A stretch of DNA of 63,962 nt, counting the filler, from Candidatus Desantisbacteria bacterium CG1_02_49_89 (GTDB lineage Bacteria > Desantisbacteria > UBA1551): assembly GCA_001871075.1 (NCBI GenBank). It is 4 parts of 4 records of this genome, joined end to end, with 100 filler letters (N's around TTAATTAATTAA, not from the genome) between each part and the next. Parts side by side here need not be neighbours in the genome. Positions count along the whole stretch, not along the records: positions 23,021 to 43,650 come from MNUP01000111.1; 3 more parts are not named here. One strand, written 5' to 3'. The position numbers and the translations under genes are program-made. Under the pieces are notes generated by a model. That model was not told where the DNA came from. It worked only from the letters and a program-made list of their open reading frames with translations, and did not search any database. This document shows positions 30,205 through 41,551 of the stretch, piece by piece. Numbering within the stretch: position 1 is the first letter of the stretch; every line of letters begins with the position of its first letter.

Positions 30205-30933
30205 ATGATAAAAATCCAGAACCTGTATAAAAAATTCGGCGGGCATGAAGTGCTCAGCGGCCTTGACCTGGAGGTAAAATCCGGGGAGCTGATGGTAATA
30301 ATCGGGCCAAGCGGCTGCGGCAAGAGCGTGCTGCTGAAACACATAATAGGCCTGGTCAGCCCGGATTCTGGCGCGATCTTTATCGACGGCATCGATATAA
30401 CGAACCTCAGCGAAGCGAAGCTGAAAAAAATAAGGTTCTTGTTCGGCATGGTGTTCCAGGGCGGGGCTCTTTTTGATTCGCTTACGGTTGAGGAAAACGT
30501 CGCGTTCGGCCTGAGGCTGCACACGGATAAAAGCGAAGAGGAGATCAGGCGGATAGTAAAGGAAAAACTGGGGCTTGTAGGGCTTGAGAACATAGAAGAC
30601 CGCAGGATAGACGAACTTTCCGGTGGGATGAGGAAGAGGGTTGCCCTTGCCCGCGCCATTGTAATGAACCCCAGGATAATTCTTTATGACGAACCTACTA
30701 CGGGCGTGGACGTGGCAATGATAGACAACGTCAACCGCCTGATCAGGGATCTGCAGGACAGGCTTAAGGTCACCTCGGTCGTGGTAACGCATGACCTTGA
30801 AAATGCGTATAAGGTTGCGGACAGGATAGCGGTTTTTCACTCCGGCAGGATCGCGCGGATAGAAACAGTCGAGAAAATGAGGGAAATGGAAGAAGAAATA
30901 TTGCAAAAATACATGGGGAAATCGGCTTTATGA
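30205..30933 (+). CDS. mlaF: MlaF ATP-binding protein
   Basis: GPSGCGKS, FQGGALFDSL, LSGGMRKRVALARA, YDEPT. Confidence 0.92.
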   Translation: MIKIQNLYKKFGGHEVLSGLDLEVKSGELMVIIGPSGCGKSVLLKHIIGLVSPDSGAIFIDGIDITNLSEAKLKKIRFLFGMVFQGGALFDSLTVEENVAFGLRLHTDKSEEEIRRIVKEKLGLVGLENIEDRRIDELSGGMRKRVALARAIVMNPRIILYDEPTTGVDVAMIDNVNRLIRDLQDRLKVTSVVVTHDLENAYKVADRIAVFHSGRIARIETVEKMREMEEEILQKYMGKSAL

Positions 30934-30941
30934 GGTGAGAT

Positions 30942-31802
30942 ATGAAGGATAAAAATCCTGAACTGAAAGCAGGCATACTGATATTCGCGGGCATCGCGGT
31001 TCTTTTCACGTTCACGTTCATGATCGGCAGGTTCAATTTTTTCAAGAAGGGCTTCGAGATAAAAGCGAAGTTCAACTTCGTGGAAGGAGTTGAGGTCGGT
31101 TCACCGGTCAGGTACAGCGGAGTTAAAGTGGGAGCTGTCACAGCCATTCAGATAGACCCGGATAATCTTGTCTGCCTTTCGATCTGGTTCCAGGATGGCG
31201 CCAGGGTCAAGGACGATTCAAAGTTCTACATAAACACGCTGGGTTTCATGGGAGAGAAATATATCGAGATAGACCCCGGTGTTTCAACCGCATACCTTAA
31301 GAAAGGATCTGTGGTCATGGGTGAACAGTCAAGGCGCCTGGAAGAGCTGATAAGGCAGGGCACTGAGATAGCTTCTGACGCCGGCAGTATAGTTTCATCT
31401 ATCAGGGGAGTAACGGATAAGTTGTCCCTGGATCAGCTGGAGGCAGCCATAGCAGACCTAAAGTCGATCATGGCGGAGCTGAACGCAAGCGGTACAAAGA
31501 TACTAAGCAACCTGAAGAAGACCACCGGGGACCTGAACGACATTACGTCCTCAAAAAAAGAGGACGTTCAGATAGCTATTTCAAAACTGAAGGAATCATC
31601 GATAAAACTGGATAAGAGCATCACAACTCTGAGCGTTATTTTGGACAGGATAGAAAAGGGAGAAGGCACGGTAGGGGTCCTGGTCAGCGACAAGAAGGTG
31701 GCTGAAGATTTCAAGGAAATAGTGACGAACCTTAAGGCGTTCAGCAAGGATATAAAGGACAACCCCCAGTGGCTTTTGATGGGCAAGCCGGGCAAGAAAT
31801 AG
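30942..31802 (+). CDS. mlaD: MlaD/MCE protein
   Basis: N-terminal TM; GSPVRYSGVKVG; GEKYIEI; helical tail. Confidence 0.9.
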   Translation: MKDKNPELKAGILIFAGIAVLFTFTFMIGRFNFFKKGFEIKAKFNFVEGVEVGSPVRYSGVKVGAVTAIQIDPDNLVCLSIWFQDGARVKDDSKFYINTLGFMGEKYIEIDPGVSTAYLKKGSVVMGEQSRRLEELIRQGTEIASDAGSIVSSIRGVTDKLSLDQLEAAIADLKSIMAELNASGTKILSNLKKTTGDLNDITSSKKEDVQIAISKLKESSIKLDKSITTLSVILDRIEKGEGTVGVLVSDKKVAEDFKEIVTNLKAFSKDIKDNPQWLLMGKPGKK

Positions 31803-31883
31803 TAACAGTTGAAGGTTAAAAGTTGAAGGTTAAAAGTTAAATCTGTGGTAATCCGTGTAAATCTGTGGTTAAAAGAGATTAAT

Positions 31884-33086
31884 ATGCTGAAGGGGAAGGA
31901 AATAATTCTGGGCGTAACCGGAAGCATTGCCTGCTACAAGGCAGTGGAGGTAGTCAGCCGCCTGAGGAAGCTGGGCGCGAACGTCAATGTCGTTATGACA
32001 GACAGCGCTAAGCAGTTTGTCGCTCCCCTGACGTTCCAAACCATATCCTGCAACCCGGTCCATACAGGCGTCTTCGATATAAAAGAGTATAATATAGAAC
32101 ATGTTTCCCTTGCAAAAAAAGCGGAGCTTATTGTCATTGCGCCGGCAACTGCCAATGTCATTTCAAAGATGGCTTCAGGGATCGCTGACGACCTGCTGAC
32201 CGCGACCGTGCTTGCGGCGCGCTCAAAAATACTCGTAGTTCCGGCAATGAACGAAGGCATGTTCAGGAACCCCATCCTGCAGGAAAATATCAGGAAACTG
32301 CGCAGGCACGGATTCCTTTTCGCCGGACCTTCTAAAGGCGGTCTTGCGTGCGGCGAGGAAGGCGAGGGGCGGATGATAGAGCCTTCTGAAATAGTCGATG
32401 AAGTCGTAAAGCTTATAGGCGCCAGGCAGGACCTGAAAGGCAAAAAAGTTATCGTTACGGCAGGGCCCACAAGGGAATTCATAGATCCGGTAAGGTTTAT
32501 TTCGAATCCTTCCAGCGGGAAGATGGGTTTTGCGCTTGCAGAAGAGGCAAGAGACCGGGGGGCAGAAGTCGTGCTCATATCAGGTCCCGTAGGTATCAAA
32601 GCCCCGCAGGGCGTCAGGTATATCCCGGTCACGTCTGCAGAACAAATGAGAAATGCAGTAAACAATGCCTTTAATGTCTGCAATGCCGTCATAATGTCTG
32701 CGGCGGTTTCAGACTGGGAATCTTCAGGCTGTGCAGCGGACAAAATAAAGGCGCGTGAAGGACCTTTGGAGCTGAAACTCAATAGAACGCCTGATATAAT
32801 TGCGGGGCTGGGCAGGAAAAAAGGCAAAAGGGTGCTTGTAGGTTTCGCCCTTGAAACAAACGGGCTTATAAAAAACGCCAAGATCAAACTGAAGGAAAAG
32901 AACCTTGATCTGGTTGTTGCCAACAGGGCAAGCAACGGTTACCCGTTCGGCAGCGATACCAACAGGGTTGTGATCATCGAGCGCAGCGGCAAAACCACGG
33001 AACTGCCTGAGCTGCCCAAGTCCGAAATCGCCAGGAAGATAATAGATAAGATCGTGAACATATTTACCACGAAAGTACGAAATTAA
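31884..33086 (+). CDS. coaBC: Phosphopantothenoylcysteine decarboxylase/ligase
   Basis: GVTGSIACYK, PAMN, ACGEEGEGR, TAGPTREFIDPVRFISNPSSGKMG. Confidence 0.96.
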   Translation: MLKGKEIILGVTGSIACYKAVEVVSRLRKLGANVNVVMTDSAKQFVAPLTFQTISCNPVHTGVFDIKEYNIEHVSLAKKAELIVIAPATANVISKMASGIADDLLTATVLAARSKILVVPAMNEGMFRNPILQENIRKLRRHGFLFAGPSKGGLACGEEGEGRMIEPSEIVDEVVKLIGARQDLKGKKVIVTAGPTREFIDPVRFISNPSSGKMGFALAEEARDRGAEVVLISGPVGIKAPQGVRYIPVTSAEQMRNAVNNAFNVCNAVIMSAAVSDWESSGCAADKIKAREGPLELKLNRTPDIIAGLGRKKGKRVLVGFALETNGLIKNAKIKLKEKNLDLVVANRASNGYPFGSDTNRVVIIERSGKTTELPELPKSEIARKIIDKIVNIFTTKVRN

Positions 33087-33372
33087 CCACAGAGAGCACA
33101 GAGAAATTTTCTACTTTTGCAAATAACTAACAACTGCTTTTTAACCACGGATTAACACAGATTATCACGGATTTTAATTTTATAAACTATGTAAACTCTA
33201 TAAACTTTGTAAACTTGTAAACTACGTTTATAGCGATAAGCCATAAACGATATGCGATAAGCGATTTGTAAGTGCGGGGGTATAAGAACCTTCCCGATTA
33301 GCATCGGGAAGAACCTTGTTGCTTGATAATTAAACGTCGGTGGCGTGCCGCAATATGTCCGGGTGCGAGAAT

Positions 33373-33445
33373 GGGGGTATAGCTCAGCTGGTAGAGCGAT
33401 TCGTTCGCAACGAATAGGTCAGCGGTTCGAATCCGCTTACCTCCA
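33373..33445 (+). tRNA. tRNA-Ala (anticodon CGC), CCA not encoded
   Basis: Full cloverleaf; G3:U70 pair; ATTCG-TTCGCAA-CGAAT; GGTTCGAATCC. Confidence 0.95.
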
Positions 33446-33532
33446 ATTTTTTCGCTTTGCGAAAAAATTAGAGTCCCGATGCAACATCGGGACGGTCCAT
33501 TGCTCAATTTTCTGTATCTAAAAGAGGTATCT

Positions 33533-34030
33533 ATGAAACGCGTAGCTGTTTATCCGGGGGCGTTTGACCCGCCCACCTACGGGCACCTGGACGTGATCAA
33601 AAGAGCCCGGCACCTTTTTGACAGAGTCGTGGTGGCTGTGCTGGAAAATCCCGGCAAGCGCTGCCTTTTCAGTGTTGATGAGCGCATGAAAGCCCTCGGG
33701 GAGATCACAAAGGGCATGAAGGGCGTGGAGATAAGCAGGTTCAAGGGACTTCTGGTAAACTATGTGAAGATGAGAAATGCATGCGCCGTCGTAAGGGGAT
33801 TGCGGGCAGTGTCAGATTACGAATACGAGCTGCAGATGGCGCAGATGAACCGGGAGCTAAGCACCAGGATCGAAACAGTGTTTTTAATGACCAGCACTCC
33901 TTATTCCTATCTTAGTTCAAGTATTGTCAAGGAGATAGCGGGGTTTGGCGGAGACGTGAGCAAGTTCGTCCCTCCCGCAGTGGAGCGCATGCTCAAGAAG
34001 AAATATGCTGTCGGCAAGAGCCGTCTCTGA
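33533..34030 (+). CDS. coaD: Phosphopantetheine adenylyltransferase
   Basis: YPGAFDPPTYGHLD, RGLRAVSDYEYE, SSSIVKE. Confidence 0.96.
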   Translation: MKRVAVYPGAFDPPTYGHLDVIKRARHLFDRVVVAVLENPGKRCLFSVDERMKALGEITKGMKGVEISRFKGLLVNYVKMRNACAVVRGLRAVSDYEYELQMAQMNRELSTRIETVFLMTSTPYSYLSSSIVKEIAGFGGDVSKFVPPAVERMLKKKYAVGKSRL

Positions 34031-34139
34031 TTTAATTATGAATTATGAGTTATGAATTATGATTGAAGGAAATTGAAATAGTTTTTATCCGCAGCCATCC
34101 GTTAAAATCCGCTTAATCGTATTAATTGGAAGGAGAAAA

Positions 34140-35432
34140 ATGAGAAGAAACCAGTGGAGGATCATACTGATAGTCGGAGTCGTGGCGGTTTCGGTGTGGG
34201 CTATATACCCGCCGCAGGAAAAAATACACCTGGGCCTTGACCTTCTGGGAGGAATGCACCTGATCCTTGAAGTGGACACTTCAAAGCTTCAGGAGGGCGT
34301 TACAGCCTACGAAGCGGTTGACCGGGCTCTTATGGTCATAAGGAACCGCATAGACCAGTTCGGAGTAGTGGACCCGCTCGTGCAAAGGCAGGGGGACAAC
34401 TGGATAGTAGTCCAGCTGCCAGGGGTCAAGGACCCACAGAGAGCGCTGGACATAATAGGGAAAACCGCGCTTCTTGAATTCAAGCTGCTGGATGAAGAGG
34501 GAGACCTTGATTCGGCTCTCAAGAACCCGGAGGGCATGCCTGAGGAAGATGAGGTGCTTTACGACAGGGAAGGCAAGGCGTTCCTGATCAAGAAAGAGAC
34601 GCTCCTCACAGGCGCGGCGCTTTCGCAGGCAAGGGTGGAGCTTGAGGAGTTCGGGCGCCCGTCAATAGGATTTGAGATGAACCCGGACGGAGCCAAGAAA
34701 TTCGCGCGCATAACAAGAAGGAACGTGGGAAAATTCCTTGCCATCATTCTGGACGGCAAGATCTATTCCGCTCCCAGGATAAGCGAGGAGATCTCGGGCG
34801 GCAAGGGAAAGATAACCGGCAGTTTCAATATAGAGACAGCAAACGACCTTGCTATAGTGCTGAAGGCAGGCGCGCTTCCCGCGCCGGTGCAGATAATAGA
34901 AAAGAGGGTCGTAGGGCCTTCTCTCGGAGAGGATTCTATACGCAAGGGCTTATTCGCGTCAGCCTTAGGCCTGTTGCTTACAATGGCTTTTGTCGTTTTT
35001 TATTACAAGCTTTCCGGACTTGTCGCGGATTTCGCGCTTGCCCTGAACCTTGTGATACTTCTCGGAGCAATGGCGGGTTTCAAGGCAACGCTGACTTTAC
35101 CAGGTATCGCCGGAATGATACTCAGTGTAGCGATGGCAGTGGACGCGAACGTCCTGATATTCGAAAGGATAAAAGAGGAGATCGCCGCAGGCAAGAGCCC
35201 TTACCCGTCCATAGCCGCGGGGTATAAGAGGGCATTCCCGGCAATATTAGATTCCAACCTGACCACGCTCATAGCGGCCGCGCTTCTTTTCCAGTTCGGG
35301 ACCGGACCCGTAAAAGGTTTCGCGGTAACGCTGACCCTGGGTATTTTGATCAGCATGTTCACGGCAATAATTGTCACCCGTGTCATTTTTGATGAGAGCG
35401 TCCCGAGGGACGCAGAAAGGCTCAGCATTTAA
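34140..35432 (+). CDS. secD: Protein translocase subunit SecD
   Basis: LGLDLLGG, RIDQFGV, AGALPAP, VGPSLG, AVDANVLIFERIKEE. Confidence 0.96.
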   Translation: MRRNQWRIILIVGVVAVSVWAIYPPQEKIHLGLDLLGGMHLILEVDTSKLQEGVTAYEAVDRALMVIRNRIDQFGVVDPLVQRQGDNWIVVQLPGVKDPQRALDIIGKTALLEFKLLDEEGDLDSALKNPEGMPEEDEVLYDREGKAFLIKKETLLTGAALSQARVELEEFGRPSIGFEMNPDGAKKFARITRRNVGKFLAIILDGKIYSAPRISEEISGGKGKITGSFNIETANDLAIVLKAGALPAPVQIIEKRVVGPSLGEDSIRKGLFASALGLLLTMAFVVFYYKLSGLVADFALALNLVILLGAMAGFKATLTLPGIAGMILSVAMAVDANVLIFERIKEEIAAGKSPYPSIAAGYKRAFPAILDSNLTTLIAAALLFQFGTGPVKGFAVTLTLGILISMFTAIIVTRVIFDESVPRDAERLSI

Positions 35433-35508
35433 AGACAGTTGTCAGTTGCGAGTTTAACTGACAACTCACAACAGATAACTCACAACTTGCACTTAAACAG
35501 GGGGAGAA

Positions 35509-36519
35509 ATGGAATTTTTCAAGAACACAAAATTTGATTTCATAGGGAAAAGAAAAATAGCTTACACCGTGTCGATAGTGCTTGCGGTCATCGGTTTAGT
35601 TTCGATAATATCAAAAGGCGGGTTGAACCTGAGCATTGATTTCGTAGGCGGGACCCTTATCCAGATGAAGTTTGAGCCGATGCCTGGTATGGAAGAAATA
35701 CGCAAGGTGCTTGCGGACAACGGCCTGAAAGGCGCGCAGCTGCAGCATTTCCCTAAAGAGAGCGAGATAATCATCAGGGTCAAAAAAGGCGAGCAGATCA
35801 CGGAGGAAGTAAGCCCTGACACAGCCGCGCAGGCTTCCGGAGAAACGCAGTCCTACGGTGAAACCCGGTCGCTGGCAGCTTTTTCTGAAACCGCTGCCGC
35901 GTCTCCCAGGATGGGCAGTGTCGAGAAGAAGTTTAATGATATGTTCAGCGCGGCATTCCCCGGCGCCAAGATAGGCATAATCAGGGCTGAAATGGTGGGG
36001 CCGAGTGTCGGAAAAAAACTGCTAAGCCAGGCGGTATGGGCTCTGTTCTGGGGTATGATAGGTATCATGATCTATGTGGGCTGGAGGTTTGAATTTAAAT
36101 ATTCGGCTCCGGCCGTGCTGGCTCTTTTGCACGATGTTTTCATAGTCACAGGCCTTCTGACCCTTTTCAACATGGAAATAGACATGACAATAATAGCGGC
36201 GCTGCTTACCATAGTCGGTTATTCCATAAACGACACCATTGTTGTTTACGACCGCATAAGGGAGAAGGTGAAGATGTACGCGAGGGACGAGATAGGCAAG
36301 GTGATGAACGTGGCGATAAACGACACGCTGGGCAGGACGTTTATCACCGGGCTCACGACGATCATTGTGCTGCTCTGCATTTTCTTTTTTGGGGGCGAAG
36401 TGATACACAGTTTCGCGTTCTCGCTGCTGCTGGGTGTCGTCATAGGGACTTATTCCTCCATATTTGTGGCAAGCCCGCTTGTATACGAATGGGATAAAAG
36501 GTACAGGAAAGCAAGATAA
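35509..36519 (+). CDS. secF: Protein translocase subunit SecF
   Basis: IDFVGGT, VGPSVG, GYSINDTIVVYDRIRE. Confidence 0.96.
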   Translation: MEFFKNTKFDFIGKRKIAYTVSIVLAVIGLVSIISKGGLNLSIDFVGGTLIQMKFEPMPGMEEIRKVLADNGLKGAQLQHFPKESEIIIRVKKGEQITEEVSPDTAAQASGETQSYGETRSLAAFSETAAASPRMGSVEKKFNDMFSAAFPGAKIGIIRAEMVGPSVGKKLLSQAVWALFWGMIGIMIYVGWRFEFKYSAPAVLALLHDVFIVTGLLTLFNMEIDMTIIAALLTIVGYSINDTIVVYDRIREKVKMYARDEIGKVMNVAINDTLGRTFITGLTTIIVLLCIFFFGGEVIHSFAFSLLLGVVIGTYSSIFVASPLVYEWDKRYRKAR

Positions 36520-36600
36520 AACAGTGTCAGCGTATCAACGTGTCAACGTGTCAAACTGAAATACCATTGAAAATAAAAAAAATGATAGAAGGGAAAAAAT

Positions 36601-38289
36601 ATGAAATGGAATATAGCGTATTGCGACGAGAATCTTAAAAAGAATCTCGCGAACGAGCTGGGCATCCCCATGCTGCTGGCGCAGATGCTCATGAACAGGG
36701 GTATCATGAAGATAGAGGACGCGTTCAGGTTCATCAGCCCGCAGCTTAAGCACCTCCATGACCCTTTTCTTATGAAGGGCATGAAGGAAGGGGTGGACAG
36801 GCTAAAAAAAGCCATACAGAAAAAAGAACAGATGTGCATATACGGCGATTATGACACTGACGGCATTTCGGGAGCAGCCGTGCTTTTCATAATCCTGCAG
36901 AAACTCGGGGCGAACGTCATTTCGCACATACCTCACAGGATCAAGGAAGGTTACGGCCTGAACGCGGATACGATAAAAAGGCTGAGCGAGGAAGGCACGA
37001 AGATCCTGATAACGGTTGACTGCGGCATTACGTCTGTCAGCCAGATAAGCCTGGCAAGGCAGCTGGGGATAGACGTGATACTCACGGACCACCACCAGCC
37101 CCTGGCGATGTTCCCTCCCGCAAATATTATTATAAACCCGAAGCAGTCAGACTGCCCGTATCCGTTCAAGGAACTCGCCGGCGTGGGCGTGGCGTTCAAG
37201 CTGTGCCAGGCCCTTGACAGCGCTGAGGCAGGAGGCCTGCTGCGGAACGAGGAGCACCTGGACCTTGTTGCGCTGGGCACGATCGCGGACCTCGTGCCGC
37301 TGAGGGATGAAAACCGGATATTTGTCAAATACGGCCTTGAATCATTTTCAAGGACCACAAAACCCGGGCTGAAAGCGCTCGGGGAGGTCAGCGGCACCGA
37401 CCTGGAAGACATAGATGCGAGCCATATCGGTTTCAAGTTCGCCCCCAGGATCAACGCGGGCGGGAGGATGGGTGACGCGAAGAGAGGCCTGAGCCTTCTC
37501 CTGTCAAAGGATTTCCAGGAAGCGATGGTGCTTGCGACGATGCTGAACGAGGAGAACAGGTCAAGGCAGCGCGTGCAGGAGCAGGTTTTCAAGGAAGCGC
37601 AGGCAGCTGCGCAGGGCACGGACCACAAAGGGAAGGGCATTATAGTCATTTCTTCGGATAAATGGCACAGGGGAGTCATAGGCATAGTTGCTTCGCGCCT
37701 GGTCGAGGAATTCAGTTGCCCGGTCGTGGTCATAAGCATAGAAGACGGGGTTGGCTACGCGTCTGCGCGCAGCGTCGAAGGTATCAACATAATGGACGTT
37801 ATCAATGAAGGCGCGGACCTTCTGTATTCCTACGGCGGCCACAAGTATGCGGCGGGTTTCACGGTAAAGGAAGACAAGATCGCGGAGCTCAAGGAGAAGA
37901 TCGAATCCGCGATCGCGAAACTGCCTGAAAGGACGGAAATACAGCGCCAGGCGCTGGCTGAGGCCGAGATGGACCCCACCGAAATTCTCTCAAGCGTTTT
38001 TAAGGACTGCCTCAGGCTTTTTTCGCCGTTCGGAAAAGAAAATCCCTATCCGGTCTTCATAGCAAGGGATATGAGGGTGATATCACCCCAGGTAACGGGA
38101 AGCGGGCACCTGCGCATACTGCTTGAGGGAAGCGGCGGCAAAATAGAGATGATAGGTTTCAGGAAAGGCGATATGGCGCAGGAACTCAGCGCGGGTATTT
38201 TCATCGACGTCGTATTTTCCCCGCATATAGACAAAAGCGGCGATCTTTACATGAGCCTTGAGGATTTCGAGATCCCGGAAGCGGTATAA
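36601..38289 (+). CDS. recJ: ssDNA exonuclease RecJ
   Basis: YGDYDTDG, TVDCG, TDHH, APRINAGGR, GGHKYAAG. Confidence 0.95.
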   Translation: MKWNIAYCDENLKKNLANELGIPMLLAQMLMNRGIMKIEDAFRFISPQLKHLHDPFLMKGMKEGVDRLKKAIQKKEQMCIYGDYDTDGISGAAVLFIILQKLGANVISHIPHRIKEGYGLNADTIKRLSEEGTKILITVDCGITSVSQISLARQLGIDVILTDHHQPLAMFPPANIIINPKQSDCPYPFKELAGVGVAFKLCQALDSAEAGGLLRNEEHLDLVALGTIADLVPLRDENRIFVKYGLESFSRTTKPGLKALGEVSGTDLEDIDASHIGFKFAPRINAGGRMGDAKRGLSLLLSKDFQEAMVLATMLNEENRSRQRVQEQVFKEAQAAAQGTDHKGKGIIVISSDKWHRGVIGIVASRLVEEFSCPVVVISIEDGVGYASARSVEGINIMDVINEGADLLYSYGGHKYAAGFTVKEDKIAELKEKIESAIAKLPERTEIQRQALAEAEMDPTEILSSVFKDCLRLFSPFGKENPYPVFIARDMRVISPQVTGSGHLRILLEGSGGKIEMIGFRKGDMAQELSAGIFIDVVFSPHIDKSGDLYMSLEDFEIPEAV

Positions 38290-38443
38290 TTCCATAAGAT
38301 AAATATTTTAAATTTCAAATTGCAAATTTCAAATTGCAAATTTTTTCCTTCAATCTGAAATTTACAATCTACCCCCGCCGGTTTTTTATTAAATCTAGAC
38401 GCGGGGATCCTTTTGGGACAATCTGAAATATGGAGGTGGGCAT

Positions 38444-39034
38444 ATGAATATGGAGCTTGTTCCGATGGTTGTGGAGCAGTCGCCCAGGGGAGAAAGGGCT
38501 TTCGATATTTATTCACGCCTGCTGAAGGATAGGATCGTGTTCATAGGTTCACCCATTGACGATCTGGCGTCAAACCTGATAATCGCCCAGCTTCTTTTTC
38601 TTGAGCAGGAGGATCAGGGTAAAGATATATTCATCTACATAAATACTCCCGGAGGCCTTGTTACGGCAGGACTGGCGATATATGATACGATGCAGTACAT
38701 AAAACCCAATATCTCGACTACCTGCGTGGGCCAGGCTGCCAGCCTGGGCGCGGTTCTTCTTGCCGCGGGGACAAAGGGCAAAAGATTCGCGCTGCCGCAT
38801 TCCTCCATTCTGATACACCAGCCACTGGGAGGAGTGCAGGGCCAGGCGTCGGACATAGGTATTCAGGCAAAGGAAATACTGAAGGTAAAGGAGCGCCTGA
38901 ACCAGATCCTCTCGCTGCATACCGGCCAGCCCATGGAGCGCATCCAGAAGGATACGGACAGGGATTATTTCATGAGCGCGGAGGAAGCGAAGGAATACGG
39001 CATAATAGACGAAGTCATTAAAAAGTGCAAATAA
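38444..39034 (+). CDS. clpP: Clp protease proteolytic subunit
   Basis: [29 protein letters not shown]. Confidence 0.97.
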   Translation: MNMELVPMVVEQSPRGERAFDIYSRLLKDRIVFIGSPIDDLASNLIIAQLLFLEQEDQGKDIFIYINTPGGLVTAGLAIYDTMQYIKPNISTTCVGQAASLGAVLLAAGTKGKRFALPHSSILIHQPLGGVQGQASDIGIQAKEILKVKERLNQILSLHTGQPMERIQKDTDRDYFMSAEEAKEYGIIDEVIKKCK

Positions 39035-39189
39035 ACAGTGTCAAGTTAAAAAGCGTATCAAAGTGTCAACGTGTCAACGTGTCAACGCAACAGCAAGGAT
39101 TTTATTGAAGTTATGGCACAATGTCCGATATTATGAGTTTCGGTAGTTACTCTGACACGCTGATACGCTGACACGCATTTGAGGGAAAC

Positions 39190-41538
39190 ATGGCGCAGAA
39201 TATGGCTAAAAAAATTGAAAGGGACAGGAACAAAGTGGTTGAGGCAGTTCCCCTGCTGCCGGTAAGGGACGTAGTAATATTTCCCTATATGGTGGTGCCG
39301 CTTCTTGTCGGCAGGCTGAAATCCGTCAATGCCTTAGAGGAGGCAATGCTGCATGACCGCCTTATTCTGATCTGCACGCAGAAAGACCCGAAGGTCGAGG
39401 AACCTGTGCCCGAGGATATTTCCGGGATCGGGACCCTGTCGGAGATACTGCAGCTGCTCAAGCTTCCGGACGGCACCGCCAAGATACTGGTGGAAGGGCT
39501 GCGCAGGATGCGCGTGAAGGGATACCTGCCGTCTGACAGGTTCTTCCGCGTCGGTGTGGAAGACGTGGCCGGAGGGGTTGGCAGGACGCCTGAACTGGAA
39601 GCGCTTATGCGCGCGGTCCAGGAACAGTTTGAAAAATACGTGAATATTAACCCTAGGATCCCGCCTGAAATACTGGGCACGCTCATAGGGGTGGACGAGC
39701 CGGGAAGGTTCGCGGACATAATAGTGGGCCACCTTCCCGTAAAGCTTCAGGACAGGCAGAAACTGCTGGAAGCGGTAAACCCGAAAGAGAGGCTTGAAAC
39801 GCTCTTTGGGGTTCTGAAATCAGAGCTTGAGATACTGTCCCTTGAGGACAAGATCCAAAAAAAGGTGCTGACCAAGATCGGCAAGGTCCAGAAAGATTAT
39901 TATCTGAACGAACAGCTCAAGGCGATACAGGAGGAACTCGGCGAGAAAGGTGAAAGCAATGATGTAGAAGTTCTAAGGAAACAGATAAAGGAAGCCAAGA
40001 TGCCCCAGGACATCGAGGAAAAAGCGCTGAAGGAACTTGAAAGGCTTAAACAGCTTTTCCCGCTTTCTCCCGAGACCGCTGTGATTCGGAACTACCTGGA
40101 TTGGCTGGCCGGTCTTCCCTGGTCAAAGGAAACAGAGGACAAGATAGACATCGACAAGGCTGAAAAAATACTGGAAGAGGACCACTACGGCCTTAAGAAA
40201 GTAAAGGAAAGGATACTTGAATACCTTGCTGTCAGGAAACTCGTGGACAGGATGAAAGGCCCCATACTGTGCTTTGTCGGGCCGCCTGGAACAGGAAAAA
40301 CTTCGGTGGGCAAATCCATCGCAAGGTCTCTGGGCAGGAAATTCATAAGGGTTTCGCTGGGAGGGATAAGGGACGAGGCTGAGATCCGCGGTCACAGGCG
40401 CACTTATGTCGGGGCCCTGCCAGGAAGGATCATCCAGTCGATAAGGAAGGCGCAGTCAAAGAACCCGGTTTTCGTGTTCGACGAGATCGATAAGCTCGGG
40501 GTAGATTTCCGGGGCGATCCGTCAAGCGCCCTGCTTGAGGCTCTGGACCCGGAACAGAACAACTCTTTCAGCGACAACTACCTTGAAGTGCCGTTCGACC
40601 TTTCCAAGGTTATGTTCATAACGACCGCGAATACCCTTTTCCCGGTCCCGGCTGCGCTGAGGGACAGGCTGGAGGTTATTGAATTTCCCGGTTACACCGA
40701 TGAGGAGAAACTGCACATAGCCCAGAGGTTCCTGATACCGAAGGAACTGGAGGCCCACGGCCTGAACAAGGATAACCTTGAAATGTCAAAACCCGCCTTG
40801 CTGCGCATAATACACGAATACACGAAGGAGGCCGGTGTCCGCAACCTTGAAAGGGAGATAGCGAACATATGCCGCAAAGCCGCAAAGAACATAGCCAGGA
40901 AGGACGAAAGGTCGCTTAAGCTGAGGATCGCAGAGTCCAATGTTCCGAAATACCTGGGCCCGGTGAGATTCGAGCGCTCCAAAAAGGAACAGAAGAAAGA
41001 TATAGGCGTTGTGACAGGCCTGGCCTGGACAGAGGCAGGGGGCGACATACTCCTGGCCGAGGCTGTTGTCATTCCGGGCAAAGGCCAGCTGCTGCTCACC
41101 GGCCAGATGGGCGAGGTTATGCAGGAATCCGCGAAAGCGGCGCTCAGTTACATACGCTCAAGGACCGGGATGCTGGGAGTTAAAAAGGATTTTTATAAAA
41201 AATACGACATACACATCCACGTGCCGATGGGCGCCATACCAAAAGACGGTCCTTCTGCCGGCATCACCCTGGCCACAGCCATGGTTTCCGCGCTCACTAA
41301 AAAACCCGTTTCTCCGGATATAGCGATGACCGGGGAGATCACGCTGAGGGGCAGGGTGCTTCCGGTAGGCGGAATAAAGGAAAAGGTGCTTGCCGCCCAC
41401 AGGGCGGAAATAAAAACCATCATTATGTCTTCCGAAAACAAGAAGGACCTTGAAGACGTCCCCAAGAACATAATGAAGCAGATCAAATTCAGGTTCGTAA
41501 AAAATATGGACGACGTGATGAAGATTGCCGGGCTTTAA
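39190..41538 (+). CDS. lon: Lon protease
   Basis: [31 protein letters not shown]. Confidence 0.97.
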   Translation: MAQNMAKKIERDRNKVVEAVPLLPVRDVVIFPYMVVPLLVGRLKSVNALEEAMLHDRLILICTQKDPKVEEPVPEDISGIGTLSEILQLLKLPDGTAKILVEGLRRMRVKGYLPSDRFFRVGVEDVAGGVGRTPELEALMRAVQEQFEKYVNINPRIPPEILGTLIGVDEPGRFADIIVGHLPVKLQDRQKLLEAVNPKERLETLFGVLKSELEILSLEDKIQKKVLTKIGKVQKDYYLNEQLKAIQEELGEKGESNDVEVLRKQIKEAKMPQDIEEKALKELERLKQLFPLSPETAVIRNYLDWLAGLPWSKETEDKIDIDKAEKILEEDHYGLKKVKERILEYLAVRKLVDRMKGPILCFVGPPGTGKTSVGKSIARSLGRKFIRVSLGGIRDEAEIRGHRRTYVGALPGRIIQSIRKAQSKNPVFVFDEIDKLGVDFRGDPSSALLEALDPEQNNSFSDNYLEVPFDLSKVMFITTANTLFPVPAALRDRLEVIEFPGYTDEEKLHIAQRFLIPKELEAHGLNKDNLEMSKPALLRIIHEYTKEAGVRNLEREIANICRKAAKNIARKDERSLKLRIAESNVPKYLGPVRFERSKKEQKKDIGVVTGLAWTEAGGDILLAEAVVIPGKGQLLLTGQMGEVMQESAKAALSYIRSRTGMLGVKKDFYKKYDIHIHVPMGAIPKDGPSAGITLATAMVSALTKKPVSPDIAMTGEITLRGRVLPVGGIKEKVLAAHRAEIKTIIMSSENKKDLEDVPKNIMKQIKFRFVKNMDDVMKIAGL

Positions 41539-41551
41539 ACTGGGGGAGTAG

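Noticed and set aside
35800-35915. Ala/Ser/Glu-rich insert in the SecF periplasmic domain as repeat-derived
   Set aside because: Could not match it to any repeat family in the window
38444-41538. clpP-lon without clpX; secDF without yajC
   Set aside because: Common rearrangements; the genes may lie elsewhere in the genome
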